DNA of 64,000 bases from Octopus sinensis (lineage: Eukaryota): positions 110,608,001 through 110,672,000 of the forward strand of contig NC_043001.1 of assembly GCF_006345805.1 (NCBI RefSeq). The letters run 5' to 3'. Below are positions 12,591 to 24,832 of the stretch, in pieces (position 1 is the first letter of the stretch; each line of letters starts with the position of its first letter). The position numbers were made by a program, and so were the translations under genes. The notes below the pieces were generated by a model, which was not told the DNA's origin, did not search any database, and saw nothing but the letters and a program-made list of their open reading frames with translations.

Positions 12591-13069
12591 CAATAATATC
12601 TATGGCCGTATACACGAATATCATTTTTTTCTCAAGATTTTTCCAAACTTACTGAACTCATTACTATGAGAACATAATTTCTATACGACTGACTAAGAAC
12701 ACCCGATTTTTATCCCTCTGAACTGTTTTCTTCTTAGTCTTCATCCTTTTGTTTGTACTTCTTGTCTCAAACCTGCAAAAATCCCCTTCAATTACTTTGC
12801 TTTCGTTTCGAAACATGTTTCGCTGTCTGCTCTCTACTGTCACAACTTATTCTCTTCCGATTCCTGTCGTTCTTCTACTATGACCATCACCTCATTAACT
12901 AAGAAGGATGAAATATTTACCTTGTTTTCTGATGGACAACTTAGTTTAGAAACGGTGGAAAGACCTCTCCCAACGGCAATCAAAGTTAAATGATGTACGT
13001 CACACTTCGCCGACTTGTACGTAGTCATGTATGTACTTACGCAGAAACACACAAATACAAATACAAACA

Positions 13070-13101
<32 letters not shown>

Positions 13102-13136
13102 CGCACACACAAATACACACACAGACACAAAACACA

Positions 13137-13174
<38 letters not shown>

Positions 13175-13431
13175 ACACACACACACACCATATATATATA
13201 TATATATATAATATATATATCGATCAAAAGGCTATATATATTATATATATATAAATGTATGTATAATTAATTAAGGAAACAGAACTAATACTGTTGAATT
13301 GCTGAAGTAGATCCAACGGAAATATACCTCAACAGAAGATGACACTACGTAGCCCAATCCGTGCCACCGCTTTCCTCAACACACCAAGACATTAATTGAC
13401 AACAGATACCCATTAGTCCCAAAATAACTGA

Positions 13432-13538
<107 letters not shown>

Positions 13539-13896
13539 TACTACTCGCATACGTATAAATACATATATGCAACATCAGAGAAGGTTAGTAGGCAAATAGA
13601 GGTCTGTGCCATAGGGTAGTTTTTTCGATTCCGGTTGAAGGATTTGCGTTGTGTTTCTAATGAAGAAAATCCATTGCACATTAACCTATTTAATTCTGAT
13701 GGAAGGCGGTACCAGCCTAAAGCAGGTGCACCCGTTTATCTCTCCAGCTATCACATGCAGTGACTGGGTCAAAGTTTATCTCTGCTCACAAATTTATTGG
13801 CACATAAACCAATTAAGAGATATACAAATGCATTCTGATAAAATAAAAATATGTGAATATAATATATGCATGTGTATTTGTCTATCAAACTAGTTG

Positions 13897-13897
13897 T

Positions 13898-13975
<78 letters not shown>

Positions 13976-14147
13976 CTATATATATATCTGTCTATCTGTG
14001 TCACCTTTCCTCTGTATCTCTGTCTGCTAATCCCTATCTTTCTCTTTGTATAAATATATGTATGTATGTATATATGAATGTATATATATATATATTCGAA
14101 TATATATATGTATATATATATATATAATATATATATATATATGTATG

Positions 14148-14205
<58 letters not shown>
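13897..14205. repeat. (TCTA)n and (TA)n compound microsatellite
   Basis: Seen directly in the sequence. Confidence 0.9.
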
Positions 14206-14207
<2 letters not shown>

Positions 14208-14410
14208 AGGCGCAATGGCTAGTGGTTAGGGCAGCGGACTTGCGGTCGGAGGATCGCGGTTTCGATTCCCAGACCGGGCGTTGTGTGTGTTTATTGAGCG
14301 AAAACACCTAAAAGCTCCACGAGGCTCCGGCAGGAGGTGGTGATCCCTGCTGTACTCTTTCACCACTCTAAAAGGCGGTGCTCCAGCATGGCCGCAGTCA
14401 AATGACTGAA

Positions 14411-14428
<18 letters not shown>
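14206..14428 (+). mobile_element. Chimeric SINE: family A 5' part joined to a family B 3' tail and poly(A)
   Basis: 14206-14366 matches the first ~165 nt of the copy at 19859. 14368-14410 matches the family B tail. Confidence 0.85.
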
Positions 14429-14506
<78 letters not shown>

Positions 14507-14804
14507 TAGAGGGAGATAGGTAGAAAGAGAGTTAAATAGATATATTCGGAAACGGACGCTTGCGCAGACAGACGAGGCAGAGATAAGCGACAACAGGGAA
14601 GTTTATACATTTACTTCAGTTTTTAAAGCACTATGCATTCATCTTACTTAACATGTCTCATACATTTCGGGGCAAACCAGAAAATATGAGGAAACATCTC
14701 AAAGGCATCAAAATAGAATTAAAGAATCTCGTCTTTCTTAACAGGATTCATATTCCTTGAAAATTTGTAAAATTCCATTTCATTTCCAGTATATATCAGA
14801 ATTC

Positions 14805-14856
14805 ATTGTATGTATATAATACATACATACATACACACATACACACACACACACAT

Positions 14857-14890
<34 letters not shown>

Positions 14891-15009
14891 ATATATATAT
14901 TATATATATATATATACATATATATACATACATACATATATATACATATATATATATATACACACACACACACATATATATATATAATATATATATATAC
15001 ATACATACA

Positions 15010-15052
<43 letters not shown>

Positions 15053-15092
15053 TATATATATATTATATATATATATATATATACATATATAT
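14805..15092. repeat. (TA)n/(CATA)n microsatellite tract
   Basis: Seen directly in the sequence. Confidence 0.9.
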
Positions 15093-17384
15093 CTTCATAT
15101 TTTTCTGTGACAATTCTGGGGTCGTGATGAAGAGGATTCCCTTCCGCTAAATTCTGCCTGAGGGCGTATGTATTCACTCTCAGTTTCATAATTTATCATT
15201 ATATAAACTTTTCAACAAGAAAAAGACCAGCAACCTCACTATGCGTAATCCGGTCATTTTTAGATTATGACTTATGCTTTACTTTACTCTAATTTTTATT
15301 CCTTATGTTGGAATTCTCGGTCATAAACCTTTTTGGTAAAGACGACATGTCATCACCTCCCACAGAACTGTTTCAAAACATATGCGCTACGAAGAAGAGC
15401 TTGTCTGATATAAACTGATAGTGTTTAATTCTGGGATACCATAAGATATTCATACTCGTGCTGCATATATTTACCCAGTTTTTCTTAATGGATATATTTC
15501 TGCTGTTGATGGACAAATTTCTGTGAGAAAATAGTTTAAAGAAAGTTTATTTACATTGTGTTATTCTAATTTTCATTTTATTTACTCCACATATGATCCA
15601 CTTTTGCAAATATATAATGCAGTATTGCATCTTATATATAATTATATATCGCATATATAATGCAGTATTTCAGCTTATTATTTCACTGTTTGTTATCTGA
15701 ATATAGTTTTAAACTGTATCGGGTTGGAGTCCTCCATGGGTTTAAGAAGTGAGGAACCACATTTTAGCCACTAATACTGCTAGGTCTATTCTGAACCATA
15801 GCTTCAGTACCTGTCAGGGTACCGGTAACATGGTAATTAGCATGGGATTGCAGACACTCCATGCATAAGCAATCAATCCTTAGTGAGGGTCTTGGGTATA
15901 AATAAAAAAAAGATAGGGGAGTCAGCCTCGTCAGCACATAGAGGAGTAATCCCTCAGGCTGTTAAATAATCTATTTGACAGCCTTCCGACGTGTTCCAGA
16001 GTAGAAGGGATGTGTTCTGTCGAACCACTTAGGAGAAAGCCACCCGATTGTAAAACCTGTCGTGTGCTGACAACGGCAGCTGTTTTAGCCTTCTGAACTA
16101 TTGTGGTCAGACTTCCAATTCCAAAGAGAGGGATTAGATTGCGCAGACCCACTTTCATTTAAAACATATAAGCTCATGGAAGGAATCCCCTGCAACCTAA
16201 AGGATCGGTTGCAGGCCTGTTGCACTTCTTCATGGTTTGGAGTCGAAGAAACTGGTGTCAATATTTGATCAAGATTGACTTGAGTTAGTTTTCCAACGTT
16301 AAAATTTATTGCCCGTTACATTTGTAGCTGTCATAAACAAGACACCATCACTAATTTGACGCATCACACACACTTGAAAGGCAATTCCCTGGTACGCCCC
16401 CAGTTTATCTCTCATATTTATACTATTCCCAGTACATATACCCTCACATATGTTAACGGACATTCCCTAAGATGCACTGACAACAAACATATTAATACAC
16501 ATTACCTTTTTTGCTCTCTGTCCATGATAACATAAATTATTCCCGATTTGGTGCATTTAATGAGTTCAGTCCGCTGCAAGCTGACGGGCTAGGATTTTAG
16601 TTATAACTTCTATTTTGAAGGCCCTTTATAAATTCATGTAATTTTTTTAAACTCCTCATTCAGAGATTACAATATGCATGTATGGATAGTTATATGCCAT
16701 CTCTATGTACGAGTTTCAAGAACTGCGGTCACTTTCATTAATACATTCCTATCCCCTGAAGTGCTCTTTGAATCCATAGTACAACAGTAATTAGAAAAAA
16801 GATATCCAGTGTAATATAGTCTGCGTTTATGTAAAATCTGTTGACCATAATAACAATTTCCCCCGGCTTGGGAGATTTTAATGAGTTCAATTTACTCCAA
16901 GTTTGTGAACCAGGCCTCTAGTAATAGAATGACTTTTGAATTTCTAACTTCTAACTATGGGCTTTTTCATGAGATAGCATTGAGATGTGTCGAATGCCAT
17001 TATTCATCCTCGAATATAAATGTGTTAATTGGAATTGAAAAGTTACATATGACTTGTCGAGCTCCATCACTTTTGTCTTATAAAACTGTAATACAAAATC
17101 GTTTCCTCGCACGTAGGCGAGTTAAAAACAGCAATATCGAATAAGATACAAGTGCGTCGCAGAAAATTAATAGTCTGAGATTAAAAATAAATATTTCAAA
17201 ACGTTTTTTTTTTCTTAGGTGGTAGTAGGGCTTCATTCCGTTCTGTCTACAACCATTATAATTAGTAAAATGATTGCTGTAATCTAAAAAAACATTGCAG
17301 ACAAATACGAGAATGCTGCTTATCTCAAAATATTATTGTAAAACCGTCTGAACATATTTAGTAAACAACAGCCAATGAGTTTAA

Positions 17385-17385
17385 A

Positions 17386-17432
<47 letters not shown>

Positions 17433-17698
17433 ATGTCTGTCTGTCTTTCTGACTATCTATCTATGTATCTATCTATCATTCTATCTATCTATACCATCTA
17501 TCTATCTATCAATATCATCTATCTATATCATTTATCTATCTATCTATCTATATATATATCTATCTATATATCTATCTATGTATCTATGTATCTATCTCTC
17601 TCTCTCTATATATATATTTATATCATTGTATATATCTATATATATATATGTGTGTGTGTGTGCGTGTGTGTTAGTGTTTGTGTGTGTGTATGTATGTG
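17385..17698. repeat. (TCTA)n/(TA)n/(TG)n compound microsatellite
   Basis: Seen directly in the sequence. Confidence 0.9.
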
Positions 17699-18440
17699 TT
17701 AAGTTTCAATGTCTCAAACTTCGGACACTGGAAGAATGTGTCATATAACACATATTTTACTCTTAGTCTTGTTGAGAAAAGTTTGTATTTTCGAAGTTAT
17801 TTCGTGTTAAATTTGTCGTATTTCAGAAATTTCAACCAATCAATGACGTGCATTCCGGTGGTGTATATTTCCTCTGTCACTGTTATTTATGACATATTAC
17901 ATCTCAGTTAAATTCGTATGAATAAACGCGTGTATCTGAAGCATGTTTACTTCATGGCACCACCACAATCGTTCGAGCATTTCTACTGATTTTAGTTATT
18001 TTTTTCCTACTTTCCAGCTACTATTTTAGGAAAAATAACTTTTTTACCCCCTCCTCTTCCCCTCCAATTTCTTCATTTTTTATTTTTTCCGTAATAAGTA
18101 TCAAAATATTAAAATATTATTAATAATTGCATCAAATAAAGCCCATACTCAATAATATATAGTAATCTAAATCCGTCCATCTTGTTGAAATTGGAAATAA
18201 ATGGTATTTATTTAAGCCTATCTCGTATTAATTTGGGAACACTTAGCTACATTTACGTATGTTTCCTCCAGTCTAAGTGAATTAATACTAAAACTATTTG
18301 CAAGGGAAGCATTTAAATATTTGTTCTACACGAACTCGAAATCTTATCGCTAATTCATTTCAATAATTGAATAACTTATGTTTAGAGATAATGTTATGAA
18401 ATATTTCTTCACAGCAGAGATTGCATTTACGATTACCACT

Positions 18441-18770
18441 CAAAAAAAAGACTCCGCCGGTTACGACGACGAGGGTCCCAGCTGATACGATCAACGGAAC
18501 AGCTTGCTCGTGAAATTAACGTGCAAATGGCTGAGCATTCCACAGACACGTGTACACTTAACGTAGTTCTCGGGGATAATCAGCGTGACACAGAGAGTGA
18601 CAAGGCTGACCCTTTGAAATACAAATACAACTCATTTTTGCCAGCTGAGTGGACTGGAGCAACGTGAAATAAAGTGTCTTGCTCAAGGACACAACGCGTC
18701 GCCGGGAATCGAACTCACAACCTTACGATCATGAGCCGAATGCCCTAACCACTAAGCCACGCGCCCTCAC
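18441..18770 (-). mobile_element. tRNA-derived CORE-type SINE sharing the family A 3' half
   Basis: A box TGGCTTAGTGG, B box GAGTTCGATTCC and CORE-like TGTGTCCTTGAGCAAGACACTTTA. 12-bp TSD ACGATTACCACT at 18429-18440 and 18771-18782. Confidence 0.92.
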
Positions 18771-18976
18771 ACGATTACCACTAGTATAGGACGAATCACC
18801 TTATATACTTAAACATCTAGTGGGATATTTAGTATGTTTGTCTTTGAAAGTCTAAATTTCAATAATTGAATAACTTACATTTAGCGGTAATGTTATGGCA
18901 TATTTTTACACGGCAGAGATTGCATTCACTACTTCTACATGTATAGGAGGATTCACCCCTTATAATTGACCATTTA

Positions 18977-19196
18977 AGGTGGCGAGCTGGCAGAAACGTT
19001 AGCACGCCGGGCGAAATGCTTCGTCTGTCGTTACGTTCTGTGTTCAAATTCCGCCGAGGTCGACTTTGCCTTTCATCCTTTCGGGTTCGATAAATAAAGT
19101 ACCAGTTTCGCACTGGGGTAGATGTAATCGACTTAATCCCTTTGTCTGTCCTTGTTTGTTCCCTCTATGTTCAGCCCCTTGTAGGCAATAAAGAAA
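18977..19196 (+). mobile_element. SINE family C
   Basis: Central motif GGTCGACTTTGCCTTTCATCCTTTCGGG (Meta/MESC-domain-like, from memory). 17-bp TSD TTATAATTGACCATTTA at 18960-18976 and 19197-19213. Confidence 0.92.
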
Positions 19197-19858
19197 TTAT
19201 AATTGACCATTTATTGTGATATTTAGTAATTTTATGTTTGAAATTCTAAATGATCTTTCGTAAAATCTTACAGTTCTATTCTTTTATTTTCCTCAGTTAT
19301 TTGGAAGAAGAAAGAGGATTATGTAACCCGTTTTTGAAGCTCGTAGTGCAGAAATTTATATAACAAAGCATAGCTGTTAACATAAATGTATGTAGTAAAT
19401 TGTTTCTATGACATTGTGTCCCAAATGGAAACTGGAAGCGCTTTTTACAATTGCAAAGCGGTATTTATCAATAAAGTTATATTTATTATTGGCAGATGCA
19501 TTATTTACTCTATTCTGAGAGGTAAGTGTTACTCCACGAATATTATCCGTGTTGCAATATAATATACTAGATATACATTTAGATTCACTGTCTACGTAAT
19601 TAATTTCATATGTGTCCAGTATCGGTTCAGTTACATCTTGTACTAGCTTCTATAAATTCCGGATTTAGTAAACCCGATGCATAGTAGGAATGTAAAGTAT
19701 AATGGTAATACGACAAATAGTCATAATAGCTAACCTGAGAGAATGGTGTAAGATAGGAATCAGAGCAAGTATCCTGTGGAATTACTACTGCTTCGATCAC
19801 TGTTAATTGCCTTTTTAATGAGCAGACTGACCATTCTCGACACCTGTCAATAGCTTAG

Positions 19859-20242
19859 GGAGGTGCAATGGCCCAGTGGTTAGGGCAGCGGACTCGCGGT
19901 CATAGGATCGCGGTTTCGATTCCCAGACCGGGCGTTGTGAGTGTTTATTGAGCGAAAACACCTAAAAGCTCCACAAGGCTCCGGTAGGGGATGGTGGTGA
20001 TCCCTGCTGTACTCTTTCACCACAACTTTCTCTCACTCTTACTTCCTGTTTCTGTTGTACCTGTATTTCAAGGAGCCGGCCTTGTCACTCTCTGTGTCAC
20101 GCAGAATATCCCCGAGAACTACGTTAAGGGTGCACGTGTCTGTGGAGTACTCAGCCACTTACACGTTAATTTCACGAGCAGGCTGTTCCGTTGATTCGGA
20201 TCAACCGGAACCCTCATCGTCGTTACCGACGGAGTGCTTCCC
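19859..20242 (+). mobile_element. SINE family A, full length
   Basis: tRNA-like head with A box TGGCCCAGTGG and B box GGTTTCGATTCC. 11-bp TSD CAATAGCTTAG at 19848-19858 and 20243-20253. An inverted near-identical copy lies at 48752-49137. Confidence 0.93.
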
Positions 20243-20821
20243 CAATAGCTTAGAGACTCGGCTCTGTTGGACTCTACCAATATTCAATCTGTTGAACTGA
20301 GTCACTCTTATTCGTGCACTGACGTTACATTGTTTTATGTTTTATCGCTAATTGAAACTTTGTAGCGATTAAATATGTAGGAGCGGCAATCTAAACACCA
20401 TAGCACGGATGTTCTCTTCTTAAAACACCGTGTATTTTCCATCTTCGTAATGGACACTGGATCCAAATAGTCGCTCTCCTTCCTATTTTTGAAATCTTAC
20501 TAATATGCACAAGGAACGATACGTGGCCATTCATGTCAATTCCGAATATGTTCCAGGATTGCAATATCCGCTGTTCCTCTTTTATTCTGATTGATTTTAT
20601 CGTTACCGAAAAACGTGACATTAGCGAATAATGGTACATACATGTGATGTGAAGCGCAGAATACGATGCACTTTACAGGATGTTGGCGGGTTTAATTTAA
20701 AATACGAATCCGTTAAAAGATTTGTTTTTGCGGAGCGAAAATATCAATGCGTATCGATATTACGAAGGTGAAATTAAAATACTGCATCTAAATACGAACA
20801 AATTAATAACTTTCCTTTTAT

Positions 20822-21873
20822 ATGACCAGATCTGGTTTCTCCATTTTCTTTTAAATTGCTGGCTGCAAGTATCCGGTGATACTTGCGGGACGTCCTCCCT
20901 AGTGTCACTCGTACCTGCAGCCAGGCCACATTAAAAACAACTGCCCCCAGGACCATGGTAAGGTCTTGGAACAGTCACTGGATGCCACCTCCCCTACCCG
21001 GTCAAAAGGAGAGGTAGATGTGGTTGAGGAGGCCTCAGTCTCCTCACCCCAAAAAGGGTTAAAAAGGAAGAAGGCGGGCAACTATTGTTGCCCGCCAAAG
21101 GACCCTAAGCATTCGGGAGGTGGGGGAGAGACTCCACACAAAGCGGAAGAGCACCACTATCCCGAAGTCAGGAAGAAAAGAAAAACAAGAACGGGCCATT
21201 GCAGGTGGACGATGATGTGCAGTTTGCACGTCCCGAAGTTGTGTCACTAACGGTGGAAGAAACGACACCCACCCTTAAAGATGAAGAATTACTTATCTTT
21301 TTCTACAAGGGCGGGGAAGTGGAAAAATAGTAGAGAAACAGAAAGGGGCAGTAGATATGGCCTTCACACAGGATCCCGAATGGCCTCCGCAGATAGCTGT
21401 GGAGGTCATAAGATTTGCCGTGTGGGAAACGTTTAAAAGACTTAAAGAGGTATGTCGCATATGGCCGGGTGGCCCTTACACGACTTACATGTCCTACATG
21501 AGTGAGGCATGGGAAATGGCGGGATACAGAAACTCAAGCGAGATTGACGATAGTGATGAATATATCGATGAGTAGCAGGTGAAAAAGCCTCGTTGGAGGG
21601 TTGAATCTCATCTTATTGCATTATTTGTAGTGGTTTATAACCTTAATTGTGGGTTTTCTAAAAAAAATCATGTTAAGTCAGAGGTTTAATGGCTTATTTT
21701 TGTAAGAGGTTTGAAACCTCATATTGATTTTTAAAAAAAGATAATGTGTTTTCGAGAAAAATCCAATCGGCGGATGTTGGGTTTCATTTTATTTCATATT
21801 CATTCATTAATGTTTTTTGTCAAGCCCGCAGCTACTCTGATAATACCTCCATGGCAAATAAAATGAAATAAAG
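20822..21873 (+). mobile_element. Decayed L1/Tx1-like ORF1 (zinc knuckle) element with AT-rich 3' UTR and AATAAA end
   Basis: Translation YPVILAGRPP*CHSYLQPGHIKNNCP fits CX2[C>Y]X4HX4C. It is followed by K/E-rich low-complexity frames and ends GGCAAATAAAATGAAATAAAG. Confidence 0.55.
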
Positions 21874-21876
21874 TAC

Positions 21877-22221
21877 CCTGCTTACCAATCACATGGTTCC
21901 GGTTACAGTTCCACTGAGTGACATCTTAGGCAAGTTTCTTCTTGTGAGTGGATTTGGTAGAGGAAAAGTGAAACCCCGTCGTTGTTATATATATATATAC
22001 TCTTTACTCTCTCTTTTACTCTTTTAATTGTTTCAGTCATTTGACTGCGGCCATGCTGGAGCACCGCCTTTAGTCGAGCAAATCGACCCCGGGACTTATT
22101 CTTTGTAAGCCCAGTACTTATTCTGTCGGTCTCTTTTGCCGAACCGCTAAGTGACGGGGACGTAAACACACACCAGCATTGGTTGTCAAGCAATGCTAGG
22201 GGGACAAACACAGACACACAA

Positions 22222-22268
<47 letters not shown>

Positions 22269-22433
22269 TACGACAGGCTTCTTTCAGTTTCCGTCTACCA
22301 AATCCACTCACAAGGCATTGGTCGGCCCGGGGCTATAGCAGAAGACACTTGCCCAAGATGCCACGCAGTGGGATTGAACCGAGAACCATGTGGTTTGTTA
22401 GCAAGCTACTTACCACACAGCCACTCCTGCGCC

Positions 22434-22494
<61 letters not shown>

Positions 22495-22735
22495 ATTTGT
22501 GTGAGTGTATGTGTGTTTGTGTGTGAGTGTGTATGTGTATGTTTGTCCCCAAACATCGCTCGACAACACATACTGGTGCATTTACGGCCCCGTAACCTAG
22601 CGGTTCGGCAAAAGAGCCCAATAGAATAAGTACTAGGCTTACAAAGAATAAAACCTGGTGTCGATTTGTACTACCAAATACGGTACTCCAGCATGGCCGC
22701 AGTCAAATGACTGAAACAAGTAAAAGAGTAATAGA
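21877..22735 (+). mobile_element. SINE family B host copy, split by a nested inverted copy
   Basis: The 5' half is at 21877-21985 and the 3' half at 22434-22735. Confidence 0.8.
21999..22433 (-). mobile_element. SINE family B, full length and little diverged, nested in the internal (TA)n of another B copy
   Basis: Complete reverse-complement copy from GGCGCAGGAGTGG to the (AAAGAGT)n tail. Confidence 0.92.
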
Positions 22736-22787
22736 ACAAAGGTATATACATATATATATATATATACACGTGAGCACACACACACAC

Positions 22788-22837
<50 letters not shown>

Positions 22838-23029
22838 ATATATACATGTATGTTTGCGTGTATGTGTATCACAGGAACTGGAATTTTATTTGTATTTAGA
22901 GCTAATTCGGCGCGGAATTACCCTGAAAGCAAAAATAAGATAAATTTCCCAGTCATTCAATAGAGCATTACGAAACTATAATACTTCCAAGACACGAAGA
23001 AGCAACTCAAACCGATGTATGAAAAACGA

Positions 23030-23064
23030 AAATCCTAAATCCTAAATCCTAAATCCTAAATCCT
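23030..23064. repeat. (AAATCCT)5 heptamer repeat
   Basis: Seen directly in the sequence. Confidence 0.9.
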
Positions 23065-23505
23065 ACTCCTATGGCCTTTTCATGTACTTCATAATCACTT
23101 GTCACACATTTCGTATCAGAGCTTTCTGCCTACGTAGCACTTTAAAGTCCCTCAGGAATATTTAGCTACTTACAATATAACTGAATGAATTGTTCGAGCT
23201 ATTAAAATAATTTACGTCAAAGGCGATGGTGATACGTTAAGCAAACTCCGTAAAGTTGTAGGTGTATTCACCAATGACGCTATCATATTTTCTTACTAAT
23301 TTTAGGCCTACGTTTACACAAGAAGCCATAATAACGGAAAAGTGAAAATGTAGCTTATAATCTTACATTTCTAAGTCATCAGTTGCGTCATTTGTAGTTC
23401 ATTCGTCACTTAAAAGTAGATTTCTTTATCGGTGTAGTAACTCGTTTCTATATTTATATATATTTCTTTCGTTCACCACTTATTGTTCTTTTCCTTCTTG
23501 TTCAC

Positions 23506-23512
23506 ATTATTA

Positions 23513-23596
<84 letters not shown>

Positions 23597-23607
23597 CATT
23601 ATTATTA
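23506..23607. repeat. (ATT)n microsatellite
   Basis: Seen directly in the sequence. Confidence 0.95.
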
Positions 23608-23781
23608 ATGCTATGATTTGGTGTACATTCATAAAAATTAAATTTCATTTTATTTAAATTTTACACAAGTTTTATAAATCTGATCATCCATATATACAAA
23701 TCACGCACTGCATACTCGCACAGAGACATATATGAGTATGTGTACATACACATATGTATGTGTACACATGTATGTGCGTAA

Positions 23782-23894
<113 letters not shown>

Positions 23895-23940
23895 GACATG
23901 CGCATGTGTACACACACACACACTCACACATGTATATATG

Positions 23941-24455
23941 TCTTGCAAACAACTTGCACATGCAAGTGCTACCAGTTAAAAGCTCCGTATACCTGAAGCT
24001 AGCAGGTGTATGGGGTCATCAGGAGAGAATGCGCGCCGTTTCGGGGCCTACCTCTCGACGGCATGAATGCGCACTGATATGAGGCCCCGCCTGCTAGATC
24101 AGCTGGTTATGAAGAACTCAATATACTTCTAGCCATCGCTCATCGTCTCTTTTTAACCAAATCCAGTGGCTAGCCTTCCCCACTGTAGATTGGATATCAG
24201 TCATGGTGGTATTGACTTTACGATGAGTTAGGCCTAACGATAACAACAGTCGTCTCACGCTGTGTCCAATAAATCCTCTACATCCGACTTCGATAGGAAA
24301 ATGTTCCGCTTTCCAGCCTGCGTCTTCACATTCCTCGAGGAGGTTTTCATAACGGTTCAATTTTCGAGCCCGAGCGGCGTCCATATTATCTTCATGAGGA
24401 ACCGTTAGCTCGACTATATTTACAACTTTCTTTCTTTCACACCACATCAGAATAT

Positions 24456-24458
<3 letters not shown>
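23941..24458 (-). mobile_element. HERO-clade non-LTR retrotransposon, 5'-truncated (restriction-like endonuclease C-terminus plus 3' UTR)
   Basis: Uninterrupted frame DILMWCERKKVVNIVELTVPHED...RKLNRYENL...GWK...IEVGCRGF...ASHWIWLKR, stop at 24118-24120. The D..ELTVP, K..Y and EVGCRGF motifs are typical of HERO RLE domains. Confidence 0.88.
23999..24097 (-). ncRNA. Structured HERO 3' UTR RNA with hammerhead-like core in permuted order
   Basis: GCCGUC/GAAACGGC forms stem III. GAGAGG/UCUCUC-CUGAUGA forms stem I. GGGGCCU/AGGCCCC and CUAGCAGG/CCUGCUAG are also complementary. Confidence 0.45.
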
Positions 24459-24500
<42 letters not shown>

Positions 24501-24794
24501 TGTGTATTTGTGTGTGGACGTGTGTAAGCTTCGACTGCTAGCTATGTATTCTAACCTTTTGATGCGACTCTACTCCATACAATCTTCTCCGATATACTCT
24601 ATTGCCCCTTTCTCCCTTTCACCATGTTCTATCTGTATCATACTCACCCTCCCTCTTTCTCTTTTCGTTTGAATTATGAGTGTAAAAAATCACAATAATT
24701 TAATAACGGTGGTTCGCATGCATAATAAAATTCATAAGACGTAACATATTTTTATATATAAGATAGTATAAAATTTATACACACGCACACACAG

Positions 24795-24832
<38 letters not shown>

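Noticed and set aside
12925-12965. CTGATGGAC...GAAACGGTGG hammerhead-like motif; also 7000-7020 and 10773-10800
   Set aside because: Core or cleavage-site bases are wrong or stem II is missing. At best these are dead remnants.
15700-16270. Moderately GC-rich block with a 75-aa ORF
   Set aside because: I found no recognisable motif, termini or second copy.
19280-19527. Plus-strand acceptor-like TTTTCCTCAG and donor GAG|GTAAGT
   Set aside because: The most plausible frame stops early and the peptide resembles nothing I recognise.
19859-19935. tRNA-like sequences with A and B boxes
   Set aside because: They are SINE heads that continue into repeat bodies bounded by TSDs, with no proper acceptor stem.
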